The notes under the pieces are model-generated. The model saw nothing but the letters and a program-made list of their open reading frames with translations, was not told the origin of the DNA and made no database searches. From Hormiphora californensis (taxonomy: Eukaryota > Animalia > Ctenophora), in contig CM035359.1 in the NCBI GenBank assembly GCA_020137815.1, positions 4,898,001 to 4,962,000 of the forward strand: a stretch of DNA of 64,000 nucleotides, read 5' to 3'. Positions 1-13,700 of the stretch are shown here, piece by piece. How positions within the stretch are numbered: position 1 is the first letter of the stretch; each line of letters opens with the position of its first letter. The translations under genes were made by a program, and so were the position numbers.

Positions 1-177
1 CACCTTGGCAAAGCATTTGAACCATTATATCGAATGAGATTTCGGGGAGGGGAGATTTCTTTGTTTTGTGAGTGTCGGGTCTGGGAAACCTTATCAAACT
101 ATCGCGACTTTCGTCAATGCGATATATCGTCGACACCACGAGTGCTCGTGAGTGAGGGGAGTGTGGATATTTCTTAC

Positions 178-3100
178 TTTTCTGTTCCAGGTTTTGGTAG
201 CTGGCACTTGTAACAGTCCGTTCGGCGGGAATAGTTGAGACCTCTGCAGGATGGACAAGTCCATTCGCCCGGTTGGAGGGCCCTACCTTCCTTCAGCAGC
301 GGCTGAGAGTGGAAGAAATTTATAAAAGATACATCGAACCTCGATGCCCCGAACCCCAGTAAATCGAAGTTTTACTATGATCTAGTAGAGCAATCATGCA
401 CTATTTACTATCAAGTAAATCTTGTATGTACTATGTATTCATTAGTCAGAACTCACGTCGACTTCCATACGGGCTCCATCGCACTTGTAACACTTGACTC
501 GTCGGGGAAAGTTGTTCACCTTACACTTCCCGCAAATCCATTCGCCAGGCTTCACTGAAAGAAGATAATATAATATGTATTATATATATACCAAAACTAA
601 TTGAAATTAGTAGGCCGGAAAGGTTGCCCTATGATTTGAGCTACCTTTGCCACCGTAACATTCACGGGGTACAGACAGGGTATAACCGATGCTTCTTCTG
701 TCTTCACAAGGGAATGTACTGGTGCCAAAGGTAGCTCAAATCATAGGGCAACCTTTCCGGCCTACTAATTTCAATTAGTTTTGGTATAATTTGCATCATT
801 TTTGGGATTTTTTATCCATTTAGATGTAGTAGAACAGGTAAGGAGATGATGGAATCGCGAATTTGCAAAATTTTCATTTTTGACGTCATTTTGACGTCAT
901 AAAATGACGTCACGTCGTTATGACGTCATAATGATGACGTCATATCATCGGGATTACCTAGATGAAGATACTGACCAAGTTTGAGATCAATTGGATGAGA
1001 TTTGAGTCCGCTATGGCGAAAAAACCCATATCGTCATATCTATTTTTAAACAGTCATAACACTTTAGACGCGTTTTAAGACCCTTATACGTTTAGTTTTG
1101 AAAATTCGCCATATAGTTTCTGAAAGTTCAGACAATTCTCTTTCCATGATATAGTCTTCGATTTTCGATTAGAATCCGTCTTCAGGGTGTAAATTGAGCT
1201 CAAAGAATTTTGGTCAGAGTCTGAAAAATGACGACTTTAAGACGTTCTGTAGGACGTTCCTGAGGATGATGGAAAACCTCACCCCGCTAATAACACAATA
1301 ATTGAGTAGATCTACAAGCTTGTGAAAACGAGAAGTCTCTATCTCTTTCCGTTCGTTCAGAATCGTGTTCAAAAAAAGCGTCTCTCCTATGCGCGCGCGC
1401 GCGCGCGCGCGTGTCCGTTACACTGAATCTATAGCAAATGGGACCAGTCTGTAACTTCGGACCCAGATGAGATAGAGACTTCAAATTTTTAACATAAGTC
1501 AAAGACCCCAAGCCGGGTATTCATTCCAAATTTCAAGTCAAACCGATGAAAGAGAGCCACGCTATAGCCTTTTGAAATCCGGCTTTTTCAGCCAAACACC
1601 CATAAAACGTATAACTGCGTTTCTGGCAGCGCTTTTGGGGGGGGGGGAATGGCAACCTTTGCGCTTGCCAGCGCAGTGACTGGGCGTTTACTGTTTAGCC
1701 GAGAAAAGTGTGCGTTCGCGAACCTAACCAATCGGATCCTAGATCCTAATACTCTAAATCTAAATTTCAGTAACTTTAATTGTGAATATATTCATCGGGC
1801 TACTTACATGGTTTCCGAGGGGGTCCCATATCAGCATTTCCACGACCAGGGGGAGGAGGCCTTTCAGCCATTCCACGACCAGGGCCCCTCATGGGCGGCG
1901 GGGATCTCCCTCGCAGGGGCGATCTTTCTCGAGGCCCTCCATACGGTACCCTGTTGTAAGGGCCCTCAAAGGATCGCTGGCCATGAGGTGGTCTGTCTCG
2001 AATCAGTACAGTACCTGTAATGGTGAATCATTGAACCAAGGACTGAAGCACTCGTTAACTTAACCCTACTTTCTGACTGTAGCGAGCATTACTAATTCTT
2101 GGTACATACAAATAAGCTTCACTTTCATGTGTGGTGTGACAAATTCTGCTTTACTCGGTGTCTAAGGAATGATACACAGGAATGTGTATTGACTATTGAT
2201 ATAGCTAGGGCCGCCCAAACTACACGGATTTAAATGCCTACATCTTCCTTCAGACTGACAACCATCAGCTCATACAGACACTCTTACAGACACACAAATA
2301 TACCTCTTCCAAGCACTCTTACAGGCACACAAATATACCTCTTCCAAGCACTCTTACAGACACACAAACACACCTCTTCCATCCGCTCTTACAGACACAC
2401 AAATATACCTCTTCCAGGCGCTCTTACAGACACACAAACATACCTCTTCCAGGCGCTCTTACAGACACACAAACATACCTCTTCCAAGCTCTCTTACAGA
2501 CACACAAATATACCTGTTCCAAGCACTCTTACAGACACACAAATATACCTCTTGCATCCGCTCTTACAGACACACAAATATACCTCTTCCAAGCACTCTT
2601 ACAGACACACAGACATACCTCTTCCAAGCTCTCTTACAGACACACAAATATACCTCTTGCAGGCATCACATTATCAGCCGGTACTAGTGTTACCCTCCTG
2701 CCATCTTCTTTGGGCCTGCCACACTTAAAGCAATCAACCCGAAGCGGGAAATTATCGAGCCCACATTCTAGACACGTCCACTTGGGATCACCCTGCATTG
2801 GGGCCGCGCCTCCGGGCCCGGCAGGACACCACCCACATTCAGTAGCACCTGGTTGCAGAATCGCACCACATTTACACACTCTCTGACACTCTTCTCTGGG
2901 CCTGCCACACTTGTAGCAGTCATCCCGGGTGGGGAATATAGCCACGTTACAAAACCCACACTCCCAGTCAGGCCCATAGTCCCGTCTGCTGGATACCGGG
3001 TGGGTTTCCTCAGGCCGTGGTGCATTACATCGGAAGCACAGATATTTGTTAGGGTGGTTACCGGTGTGGCATTCAGTACACGACCACTCAGACACCTCAT

Positions 3101-3884
3101 CTTTCCTGGCAGTGGCACACTTATAACAGCTGTCCCTTCTAAAACCGTTAGCCGTTTCACACACATCGCACTTCCACTCCTCGTTGCCTAAAACCGGTGC
3201 AGATTTTGAAGGTCCAGGGGGCGGGGTCCGGGCCCTCGCCATTTGCTGGTGAGGTGGTGGAGGTACCATCCGTATTCCACCACTGACCCGTGGAGGAGAG
3301 GCACTTCGGCCGGGGAATGGAACCGGTGGTGCAGGGTCTCGGGATCGACTTCGGTTAACAAACTGGTCCTGAAATCCACCACCACCTCCCCTATTGAAGT
3401 GTGGCGGCCCCTGATCCCCCCGAGGATGGTCAGCAGCTCTCCTATCAAACTGATCCCTCCGGTCGAACGGCTCTCTTCTATTATCAAACTGGGGTCTCTC
3501 CAGCATATGCCTCGGTCGTTTACACTTGAAGCACTGCCCTCTGTCCGGGAAGTTGTTCACATTACAGTCCATACAAAACCACTCTCGCCCCACAACATGG
3601 GCCTTTCTATCCTCGCTCTCCTCCTTGCTCACCCGGCACTTAAAACACTCCCTTCGGAAACCAAAGTTGGTGGCATTGCACAGAAAGCAAATCCAATCCA
3701 GTGCAGACTTTCCCTTCGTCTTCAGCTCAGATTTCTCTTTTGGGATGTTGCACCGGAAACATGTCACCCGAGCGTTATAGTTATGAGAGTCACACTCTGC
3801 ACAAAGCCAGTCGCCATCTCTCATGGTGGTTACTTTCTTCCGATCACCTCCCTCAGACTTGGCTGCCGGTCTTTTGTTGGACAT
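178..3884 (-). CDS. Multi-RanBP2-type zinc-finger protein 'ZnF-E' (9 canonical + 1 degenerate fingers; 3' end unresolved, near or beyond the left edge). Exons 3884-2654, 2014-1808, 554-457, 302-178
   Basis: W-x-C-x2-C-x3-N-x6-C-x2-C units, e.g. DWLCAECDSHNYNARVTCFRC, KWTCLECGLDNFPLRVDCFKC, EWICGKCKVNNFPRRVKCYKC, EWTCPSCRGLNYSRRTDCYKC; R/G/P-rich linkers; GT-AG boundaries with matching phases (1,1,0). The 2654>2014 join is the least certain. Confidence 0.8.
591..784. mobile_element. Small palindromic MITE
   Basis: ~60-bp terminal inverted repeat (ccaaaactaattgaaattagtaggccggaaagg...ccttccggcctactaatttcaattagttttgg-like) flanked by TA. Confidence 0.7.
2275..2660. repeat. 35-bp minisatellite, ~11 copies (ctcttacagacacacaaatatacctcttccaagca)
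   Basis: Directly visible tandem array; starts at the ZnF-E exon-1 donor. Confidence 0.95.
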
Positions 3885-4565
3885 GGTTTCAATTGGCTAA
3901 GGAGAGAGAGAGTCGGGTATTTAAGTGTGCGGGGTGCGGGGTCCTTTGGATTTGCAAAAAGGGTAAAACCGGGGGTTTGGAAATACTTCTTTCTTTTTTT
4001 ACTCATGGAACTGATTACTTCGTTTGCAAAATTAACACAGCCTGAAATATACAGATGGGGAGACATACTATATCGCGTGTGGTTATTTAGCCGGGATCAG
4101 CAATTTATGCAAAAATAAAATTGATCAAACTAAACGGACAAAATAGTTAATAAAACTGTCTACTTTTTTTAACTTCCTGGCGGTCGGTGGGATGTTAGTC
4201 ACTGTGTTGTTACAGGATTACCAACACTTTTAAAACTGTTTTGTTCCAACTCAAACTGTCTTCCCGACCTAATTTCAACTTTTCCAGCCTATTTTCAACT
4301 CTCGAACACTTTAGAAACACACGTCTACAAACACAAAGACTTCCTGCTCGTAACTTTCGACCCTTTCGACCTATTGCTGCCTTACAACTGTACTGCGAGG
4401 CGTCTTTTTCTTGAACTCCAAAATCCTTTGAAAGAAGGCAAAGAGGTGTTAAATGCAGTGTTTAATACCAGTACTATAACCATTGGGTAGTTATCCCACT
4501 TCAGTATTAGTTTCACTGTAAGTCGCTTGACTAATTCTCATCTGACACAAAACGTGATAGAGATG

Positions 4566-4570
<5 letters not shown>

Positions 4571-4643
<73 letters not shown>

Positions 4644-4657
4644 GAGGGGAGAGAGAA
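4571..4657. repeat. (GA)n microsatellite
   Basis: Visible dinucleotide run. Confidence 0.95.
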
Positions 4658-4718
4658 AGGTGGCGTAGTATGATCTCTCATTTGTATTCTTTTCTGACCA
4701 ACATCACTTACCTCAAGA

Positions 4719-7700
4719 TCAGGAATGTGACCGAGGTAACCGGCACACCCGACATATTTTTACTGCCTGTAGATTTGGCTCTTTACACCTTTGACAGACC
4801 CAGTTAACAGACCCCGTAGGTGCAATGAGTGCTGCAATCTGAAAAGGAAGAAATAATATTAAAACGAAACCCCATTCACATTATATCGAAAATATGTAGC
4901 TAACCGAATTTATTTGCACATCATAGCGCTTGCAAGCGCTCGGGACCTAACCCTCCCTCCCCCAACTATCCTTCCCCTTCGAATGCCCATCTCCTAAATT
5001 ATGATTTTTTGAAGTTGTCATCCCCCTTCTCGTGCGCTCGCCCGTGCTAAATCCTAGCTAAATCATTCCTTCCCGCACCTCCATTCTCCAACCCGAACTC
5101 CGAAGATAATATATTGTCGACCTTTCGTTAAGACTATACTTTCTTCTCAAAAGTGGTAGTGTTGGTTATGCTATAAATAGAAAGAATAAAGATGAAATAT
5201 ATAATGGATAGCGCCAATGAACGAACCTCTCTTGTACGCGAGAAAAAAAATAGTATCGGACGATGTCACGTGATGTTCCCTTAAATATCAAAAGAAACGA
5301 GCGATATTTCAATAGAACAATCGTTTCACTATATCAAATAGATGTGCATTGAAATAATTGGTCTCTTGAAAAATCGCTTGTTTAAGGTAATATACGTAAT
5401 ATATTCCCTGATACCTCTCGAGAGGAAATATCACACGACATTAACCCTTATCCCTGTGGGAGGAGATCGATTTGTCTCCGCCTCACATAAAGTACTAAAC
5501 TTCATCAACTTCCCACGATCTACTTTAAAAATGACGCATATTACTTTTAACACATTGCATTTGTATACAGAATTCTGTAATTTTTTTTTCAAAATCAAAT
5601 CATGTGAAACTTGTCTATCATTGCTAATAATAGTTGAATTTTTGGAAATTTTTTAGTCAGTATGCCATTATCTTTCCTAACACCCAATTACTACACGCCC
5701 CTCCTTGGTCGGATTCGGAGAATTACCGAGAGAGAGTGATACGAAAGATAAAGGAGAGACGCTCGAAACCAAGAAATTTGATATCACTGTAGGGCAAGTG
5801 TCATCAACACCTCCTACAAGGACCTAATTAGGCAATTCTAAAATCATGCTTAGGCTCAATGAATAGTAAATATTATTAGTTTGTCTGATAGCTGAAATAA
5901 TTTGGGGATGTATCTAACTTTTCCGGAATTTCTACCTACTATAGTTACTGAGAAAATAGGGGGAGATAATTCTATCTCCACCCATAAATATTAGCTCTCT
6001 CAAGGGGTTATAGGGGTGAGGGTTAACAAATAATTGTTTTTCATGAAAACAGATCACATGGACGTATCTCTTTTATTGCGACCTTTCCATAGAAAAATGC
6101 TCAATTTGAGCATAATTAATATTAAATTGCCCTTTTGTGCAGAAATTGCGCTTTTTATAATCTAAAGAGCACCCACGGAGTCGCAACAAAAGAGATGCGT
6201 CAATTAGATGAAAGGTATCTGCGTTCATGAAAATCAATTGTTTGTGAGTATCACGTGACCCGGCGGGTCACAAACTTACTCGGGTATAAAACATCTAATT
6301 GAAATATATAATTCGATCATTTTCTTGGTAGGTAGGCTGGGGCAATTCGAACAACGAGCAGCATTATATAGTTAGATACTGCATTCAGTAATCCAGAACT
6401 AGGAGCTATAACCAGGCGGTATGATCCGGGGGAAGGAGCTCTGGGTGTGTATCACGATTCTTTGTGCAGTAGGTGCAGATCCAGCTAACTCAATCAGTAA
6501 AGGGCAAAACAGCAACGAAGCAATTTGGACAAGCTCCACGTTAGTGAGGCAACTAGAGTGCGAGTTCGTGGTTCTGAACGGCTATATTAAGGAGAGATGT
6601 AATGGTACGGACAACAGCTCCTCCAAATTCAGGTGTGCATCGTCACGGGACCATGTGTACTCTGTAAGCAACGGTTTTGATAATCGCTGTCCGCCTGATG
6701 GATTTTACCAGGTATGCGGTTTCATCGTGGGTTCAGAAAACTCTGTGTATGCGATTGACGAAGATGGAGATGTGGCTCTTTGCGGTTATCAGCTGGCTGA
6801 TTTTGGCTCCAAATACATAGCGTACCCACTGTTAAGAAAGGATAACCAAGTAAGGATGTGTGACAACACGTGTGACGACTCCTTTTGCTCAGACGAATCA
6901 AACTGCAATGGATTCCGGTATGGAATGTCCTGTATCCCTACATTTACAGACAACCTCTACTATCTGAAGCCTAACGATGTAAGCATTATTGTTAATTACC
7001 ATTAAAATTATTGAAAAACATCCTCCCACTATAACATTTAACCAATGAATACGGGTTATATAAACCCGATTTTACTGAGTTGCAGCTGTTTGCAAGTTAA
7101 ACCTGCTTAATAATACACTTCAGATGTGTTCTTCCTATGGGCCCTACTGCCGAGATGGGAGTGATACAGGAAACTGTTTTGTAGACACAGGCACCCCTGG
7201 ATCCTGTCTTAGAGAAGAAGGGTAAGTTGTTATAGTCATCTCATGGGGAGGAAGGAGGGCATGTAACGAAATTACATTTTTGTTCTCTGACGGGTGACAA
7301 CTATAATACCGCAAAATTCAAACACATCGGTAGAGGGGGGATAATTTAAACTAGTTTTTATTCTTTATACCACCCAGGAGCCGAAAAACGAACATATTAC
7401 TTCGAACTGAGATGCGTTGTTTTCTTACACAAAAAACAAATGTGTGTGACACTCCCCTTGGAATGGAACAAACGAACTGCAGTGATACGGAGAGGATTGC
7501 TATCTTCGGGTGCACGATGAACAGCTACCCTGTAACCATCTCAATATTTGGGTACTGTCATGACTACCCGCTCTGCGATGACAACTACAACAATATCTGT
7601 CCCATCGTGGACAGAGACTGCTCAATTCACAAGGGACAGCTGTGCGATGGCCACAAAGACTGTAGCTCTAACATCGACGAAGAAAAGTGTGCATTTTCCA

Positions 7701-10700
7701 CTAAGGAATTCAAGTGTGAGAGACGGTTTCATGCGGTGTACAAGGAGAGGAAGCCTCTCTCCCTCCCGATGGATTGGGTAATGGATGGAGTTGTGGATTG
7801 TCTGGATGGTAGGGATGAGAATGAAACAATGTGGCTGACATGTGGCCGAGGAGTCTACAAGAGATACATGGAGCCCCTCAGTGACAGTTTCTGTCAGGAG
7901 GTCATCATATCGCCCAGAGATGAGACATACATTGAGATGAATGAATTATGTGATGGAATTGACACTTATCCGTTTGAAGGGCGAATGTGCGATGCTGCAA
8001 TGGGAAGGAGTGATGTGCTGCTGGAGGTGGAGGTGGCTGTTAGGGGAGGTGAGATATGGACGGAACACTGTTTCCCACATCCTGTGCTCGACTTGGAACG
8101 GCAACTTGGTTTGTGCTACCGAGTTGAACATATGAATGGCAGCATGATCACCGATGCGTTTGGTATCATCAGACCAGTCCTTATCTCTCTACCGAAGCCT
8201 AAAACAAAAGATTGTTCCTTCTTTTTTGGCGAAAAATACGTTTATGCTGCCTGTAATGGGCGTTGTGAGAATGTCGATTGTCCCCTACGGCCCGTCACTC
8301 GCGACACCTGCATAAATTACATGAGCAAACGAGTCCTAACTTTAGCGAAAACATTCCCTCCGAGCTTACTGCCTCTGTTGAAGGACCCTGGGGCGCTGGG
8401 TGGCCAGTTTGAGAATCGATACTTCCCGTGTGCGAACAAGAATTGTGTTCTGTACAGGGATGTATGCAACTTGATTGATAATTGTAAGGATGGGACTGAT
8501 GAACTAAACTGTACTAACCACTTTAAGTGCACCCACAGTGACGTGAAGCTCCCTAAATCCTCTGTGTGTAATGGTGTGATCGAGTGTAACGACATGTCAG
8601 ACGAATGTCAGGATGCGTGTCCTAGCTCAAACAAGAATATCTTTGCCAACAACTTTGTTCGGGGTGCGAGTTACACTTTTGGAGCGGTAGCTGGCCTATT
8701 GAACATCATGACTTTCAGTAAGACTTTGTATGGGGTGAGAGATAAAAAGAAGCTCGAAACAATGATCAACACGTTGACCGTTTTATTAGTTTGTGCAGGG
8801 GACCTCCTATTCAGCTGCTACCTGATCGCAATATCCAGTGTGGACCTCATATTCCGAGGTTCGGAGGATTACTGTGAAAAACGGTTCCAGTGGCTGGTTT
8901 CAGACAATTGCATCGCCCTTGGCATCATCAGTACCATCGGTTCGCAGTTATCACTCTTTGCGATTACTATACTAAGTATAGTTCGACTTTCCAATGCTAA
9001 TTGCATGGTTCAGAGAAGCCTCCGTTCTGTTAAATCGACCGTGAAGATAACCCTATTGATAACAATTCCTATTATCGTAAGTGTTGCCATTGCTGTTTTC
9101 CCCGTTCTCCCATACTTTGAAGATTACTTCGTAAATGGCCTTTACTATGACGAATCACCATTGTTTCTTGAACCGATAAACAAAGCAAGACATCTGGCGA
9201 CATTAAACGCAAGAATTCCGGGCAACCAAAAACAGATACGTTGGAAGGAAATCCGGAAATCCGTAAAAGACATGTTCACATCTCACCATAAAGGTAACAT
9301 GTTATGAAGCGATTTTATTCTGCAGCTGTTGTTTTTCTACTCTGCTATTGCTGTTTTTTATATCAAGCCCTAATTTGTTAAGATTCATGATAAAATAAGA
9401 CTGATAACGTACTGTTTCAGGCGTTCCGAGTGAAGTTTTGAGCTTCTACGGCAATAATGGGGTGTGTATCTTCAAGTACCTTGTAACGAGAGAGGACCCC
9501 CAGTGGGCATTCTCAATAGCCATCACCCTACTTAACTCTATATGCTTTATGTTCGTTGCTGGATGTTACATCATCCTTACCACAAGAAGCTACCGATCCG
9601 CTCAAAACGTGGGCATAAACAATCCGTTAATTCGAAAACATCAGCAAACATTGCAACGAAAAGTCACGGCCATCATTGTTACAGATTTCCTATCTATGAT
9701 CCCCCTCTGTGCGATATCCTTCCTACACTTTGGGGAGGTCATCGATGCCTCGCCTTGGTATGCATACTTCTCAGCGATCATTCTCCCCATCAACTCAGTC
9801 ATCAATCCTTTACTCTACGACAGGTTAATCTTTCGATACGCCGTGGAGAATCCGATTCAGTGGCTGGAAGATTTGGCAACGAAATTGAAAGGTATTAACA
9901 TGCTTGCAAAATGTAGGGGAAGTCTAGAACTGAACCAACAGATGGATATTTCACAAGAGCCTGGCACAGTAGTGGTCACGAAACAAGCAGTGAGTTCAGG
10001 AAGTGCACTGCATCATGTTACAAATGAACGAATTGCCAACAGTTCTAATGGGTCGCCTGAAGACATTGAATTACAAATGTTTGATGGAGGAGAAAATGAA
10101 ATTGAAGCTGAGACAGACATTGGACTATTTCAGACAACTGAGATAAATTGAATCAGAAAATGTGGAAACAGATACTTATTGAGGACTTATTGGAAAGCCA
10201 AATTCAACTGATCCAACTGCTGATCCTGAGCAACAAATAGCAAATAACAGTTTAGCAATACTTTCGGACTTCTGAGTTAAAGAGTAACAAAGATAAAGGG
10301 AACTGCAATGTGATTTAGTTATCAGTCAAATATTTTGTTGTGCTATGTTGTGTTTTTGCATTTGCTAGTTTTTTTTCGTTCAAAGTACTGATTACTTCCG
10401 CGGTACATCACATATATTTAGTTCTATTCTACACACAAATTCTTGCTGTCTATCTTCGTAGGTTAATCACCGCGCTGGCAAGCACCCGGGCCAGTCCTGC
10501 CTCTCCCAACCATTTGTTTTTGTAGCCCCGGCTATCAACCAAAATTGTTTGGTTTTTGGATCTAGTTTAACACCAGTAACGTATCACGAAATAATAAAAA
10601 TGGGATGCGAAACTTACATTTTGAGCGGCTCGAAGACTCATGTGGAGATGCTTCAGGTCATCAAAACACTTCTGGTACATATCAAAATCACCCCCATGAC

Positions 10701-13700
10701 TCCTGGTGGTTGCATATGCTGACAGTACCTCTTGCTTTACAGTGGCCAATAACCGCTCTGTAGATGATGAGATCACGTTAAAAACTCTTGGCTACCCCAT
10801 TATATTTGCATACATCACACAAAAAAGGGCTATAATCATTCATGAATAGTCGGTAATGAACTGAATGGAATCTTATCTCTCTAAAGATAAATCTATTTTA
10901 TTTGAACCAAATCCCTCAAAATAGTTTTATTTTATTCTCTGAATCTAATTTATCGACTTCATTTAAATACATATTTCTCTTCCCCACTCTCGAACGAATT
11001 ACCATTATAATATGTATCTCATCTAGTGTGTTTATTCATTTCGAAATGTAACAGTCCCAGCCCTAATTTGAAAACTACATGCTCAATCTCAATACAACTA
11101 ACTCACTAGCTAAAAAATGGGAATTATAGCGCAGCACAAACCTTCATCATTACTAATCGGAGGTCTAGGTTCAACCAGAACATGCTCAATAACAAATTCA
11201 AGATACTCCGTCAGAGCCTTCCTCGCTTTCCCAAATGCTTTCATCTTGGGAACAAGACTAAACAATCTATCTATGACATCCTGGGATTCTCCTTCTCCTT
11301 CTCCTGGGGGACCTCCTCCTTCACTAGCGGCCTCTTCTGATGGTTGTTGAAGTGAACGTTTTGTGGATAAAACGTTTCCCTCTCCATGCAATCCTGACAA
11401 GGATCCAACGTTCAATCCTTCTCTATTACAGTCAAAAAGAATGAAACTCACATATTGTCCCCCTTAAAACCATCACACAAATATTTTCTCTCCCTAGGGC
11501 CTAGTGGGTCATTTCGTCTTACCTTGATGGTGGTATGGAGCTGTTCCAGGGATGTTGTGAGGAGGTTGCAGTAGAGGAGCTGCAGTCCTACCTCGTTTAA
11601 TAGGCATGGTATTTCTAGGAAAGGTAAAAGTTTCTTGAAGCTGTGGTTGGACCCCGGAAATGTTTGATTGATAAGGGCGGTGTAACGGGACTTGGGAATC
11701 CGGGTATGACTCGAGATTTTGAGCGGCATGGACATGACTCTGTAATTGCTCAATGTATTGACCCGCTACTGAAGTGTCCTTATTGATAATTCCATGGTTT
11801 TTGTGAACAGGATTCCCGTGTTGATATCCTCCATGAGGAACCCCTTGCAGGTTATCATATCCATGACCATGTAGAGGCCCTTGTGCATGCGTGGGTGCCT
11901 GTGTACGAAGAGTCCCCTGTGGATGAAGAGGCACTTGTGTATGAAGAGTCCCTTGTGGATGAAGAGGCACTTGTGGGGGCCGTGGTAGAGGCCCTCGTAG
12001 AGGTCCTTGTGCTTGTAGATACCCTTGTGGATGTGCGGGCACGTGTGCATGTGTAGGTACGTGTGTATGTAGAGGCACTTGTTGATGAGTAGCCGTGTGT
12101 AATTGTGCGAAATTTTGATGATTATATTGTGAATGGAATGTGCCTTGATGAAAGTTTGGCTTGCTATGTTGATTTACAATGCCCTCGTTGCCAAGATTCT
12201 CTTGTGGTGATTTATCGTTTCGATGTCGCTTGCCCGGTGCTGTTAGACCTTCCTCATAAGTCGGCTCGACTCCTTCCATGTCCCCAAATCCAGTTTCTTG
12301 TCCAAAACCAACACCCTGACTAGCCACTTGCCCATAACTAAAGCCCTGACTAGTTAAATGTCCATCGCCAATCGCCTGGCTATCAGTTTGCTCATATCCA
12401 ATCTTCCCACCAGCTACTGGTCCATAGCCAGAATTTAGACTATTAACTTGCCCATAACTAACCTCCTTCCCATAACTAGTCTGTTGTCCATAACTAACCT
12501 CCTGTGCATAATCATTTGGTTGCCCATAAACAGGTTGGATACTTGTGTGTACATGATAGTCAGACTGAGTACCATAACCTGCTACAGACTCCCTACTCCC
12601 TACGACTCCAAAACCGGTCCCTACACTTCCGACTGTCTGGCCTTCATCATAAATTCCAATGACCTCAACCTTGCCAGATGTCTCGCTAAACTGTGGCGTC
12701 CCACACACAATACACGCAATCTCGCTCGATCTGTTCACATTTCCACACCCGGTGCAGTTGAAGAATTCAGGTCCAGCCGTCTCCGGGGCTACGGCATCTT
12801 CTCCTGGTGTGTGCTCACAATCCTCACGAAGCTGGTTACACCCCGGACAGTCACCTCGTATATCTGATACCGCGATATTACACCTAACACATAACCATGT
12901 TACTCCTTCCGTCGCAGGATATGAATCTCCTTCCGCAGCATATTTTGTCCCTTGCTCTATCGGTTCCTCGGCAGTATAATACGTCGTTCCTGAAGGTTCT
13001 ACTGTATACGTCGTTCCTGCTGTTGTATACGTGGTCCCTGAGGGTTGTACCGCAGCATAGGACGCCCCTGAGGGTTGTACCGTAGCATAGGAAGTCCCTG
13101 CTAGTTGTACCGTAGCATAGGAAGTCCCTGAGGGTTGTACCGTAGCATAGGAAGTCCCTGAGGGTTGTACCGTAGCATAGGAAGTCCCTGAGGGTTGTAC
13201 CGTAGCATAGGAAGTCCCTGAGGGTTGTACCGTAGCATAGGAAGTCCCTGAGGGTTGTACCGTAGCATACTTAGTCCCTGAGGGTTGTACCGTAGCATAG
13301 GAAGTCCCTGAGGGTTGTACCGTAGCATAGGCAGTCCCTGAGGGTTGTACCGTAGCATAGGAAGTCCCTGAGGGTTGTACCGTAGCATAGGAAGTCCCTG
13401 AGGGTTGTACCGTAGCATAGGCAGTCCCTGAGGGTTGTACCGTAGTATAGGAAGTCCCTGAGGGTTGTACCGTAGTATAGGAAGTCCCTGAGGGTTGTAC
13501 CGTAGCATAGGAAGTCCCTGAGGGTTGTACCGCAGCATAGGAAGTCCCTGAGGGTTGTACCGTAGCATAGGAAGTCCCTGAGGGTTGTACCGCAGCATGG
13601 GAAGTCCCTGAGGGTTGTACCGTAGCATAGGAAGTCCCTGAGGGTTGTACCGTAGCAAACTTAGTCCCTGTCGGTTTTCCCGGAGCATACTTCTTTTTTG

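Noticed and set aside
878-945. Cluster of TGACGTCA (CRE-like) palindromes
   Set aside because: Lies in a ZnF-E intron among repeat-like sequence; more likely a transposon remnant, no evidence for enhancer function
2234-2728. 164-aa plus-strand ORF
   Set aside because: Translation of the 35-bp minisatellite
3243-4118. 291-aa plus-strand ORF
   Set aside because: Antisense shadow of ZnF-E with no motif
10450-10532. Alternative last exon for ZnF-D
   Set aside because: Weak acceptor and uninformative peptide; the 4838 exon fits phase and supplies a finger, though this is not excluded
13101-13688. (RYNPQGLPML)n ORF
   Set aside because: Alternative frame of the coding repeat in ZnF-D
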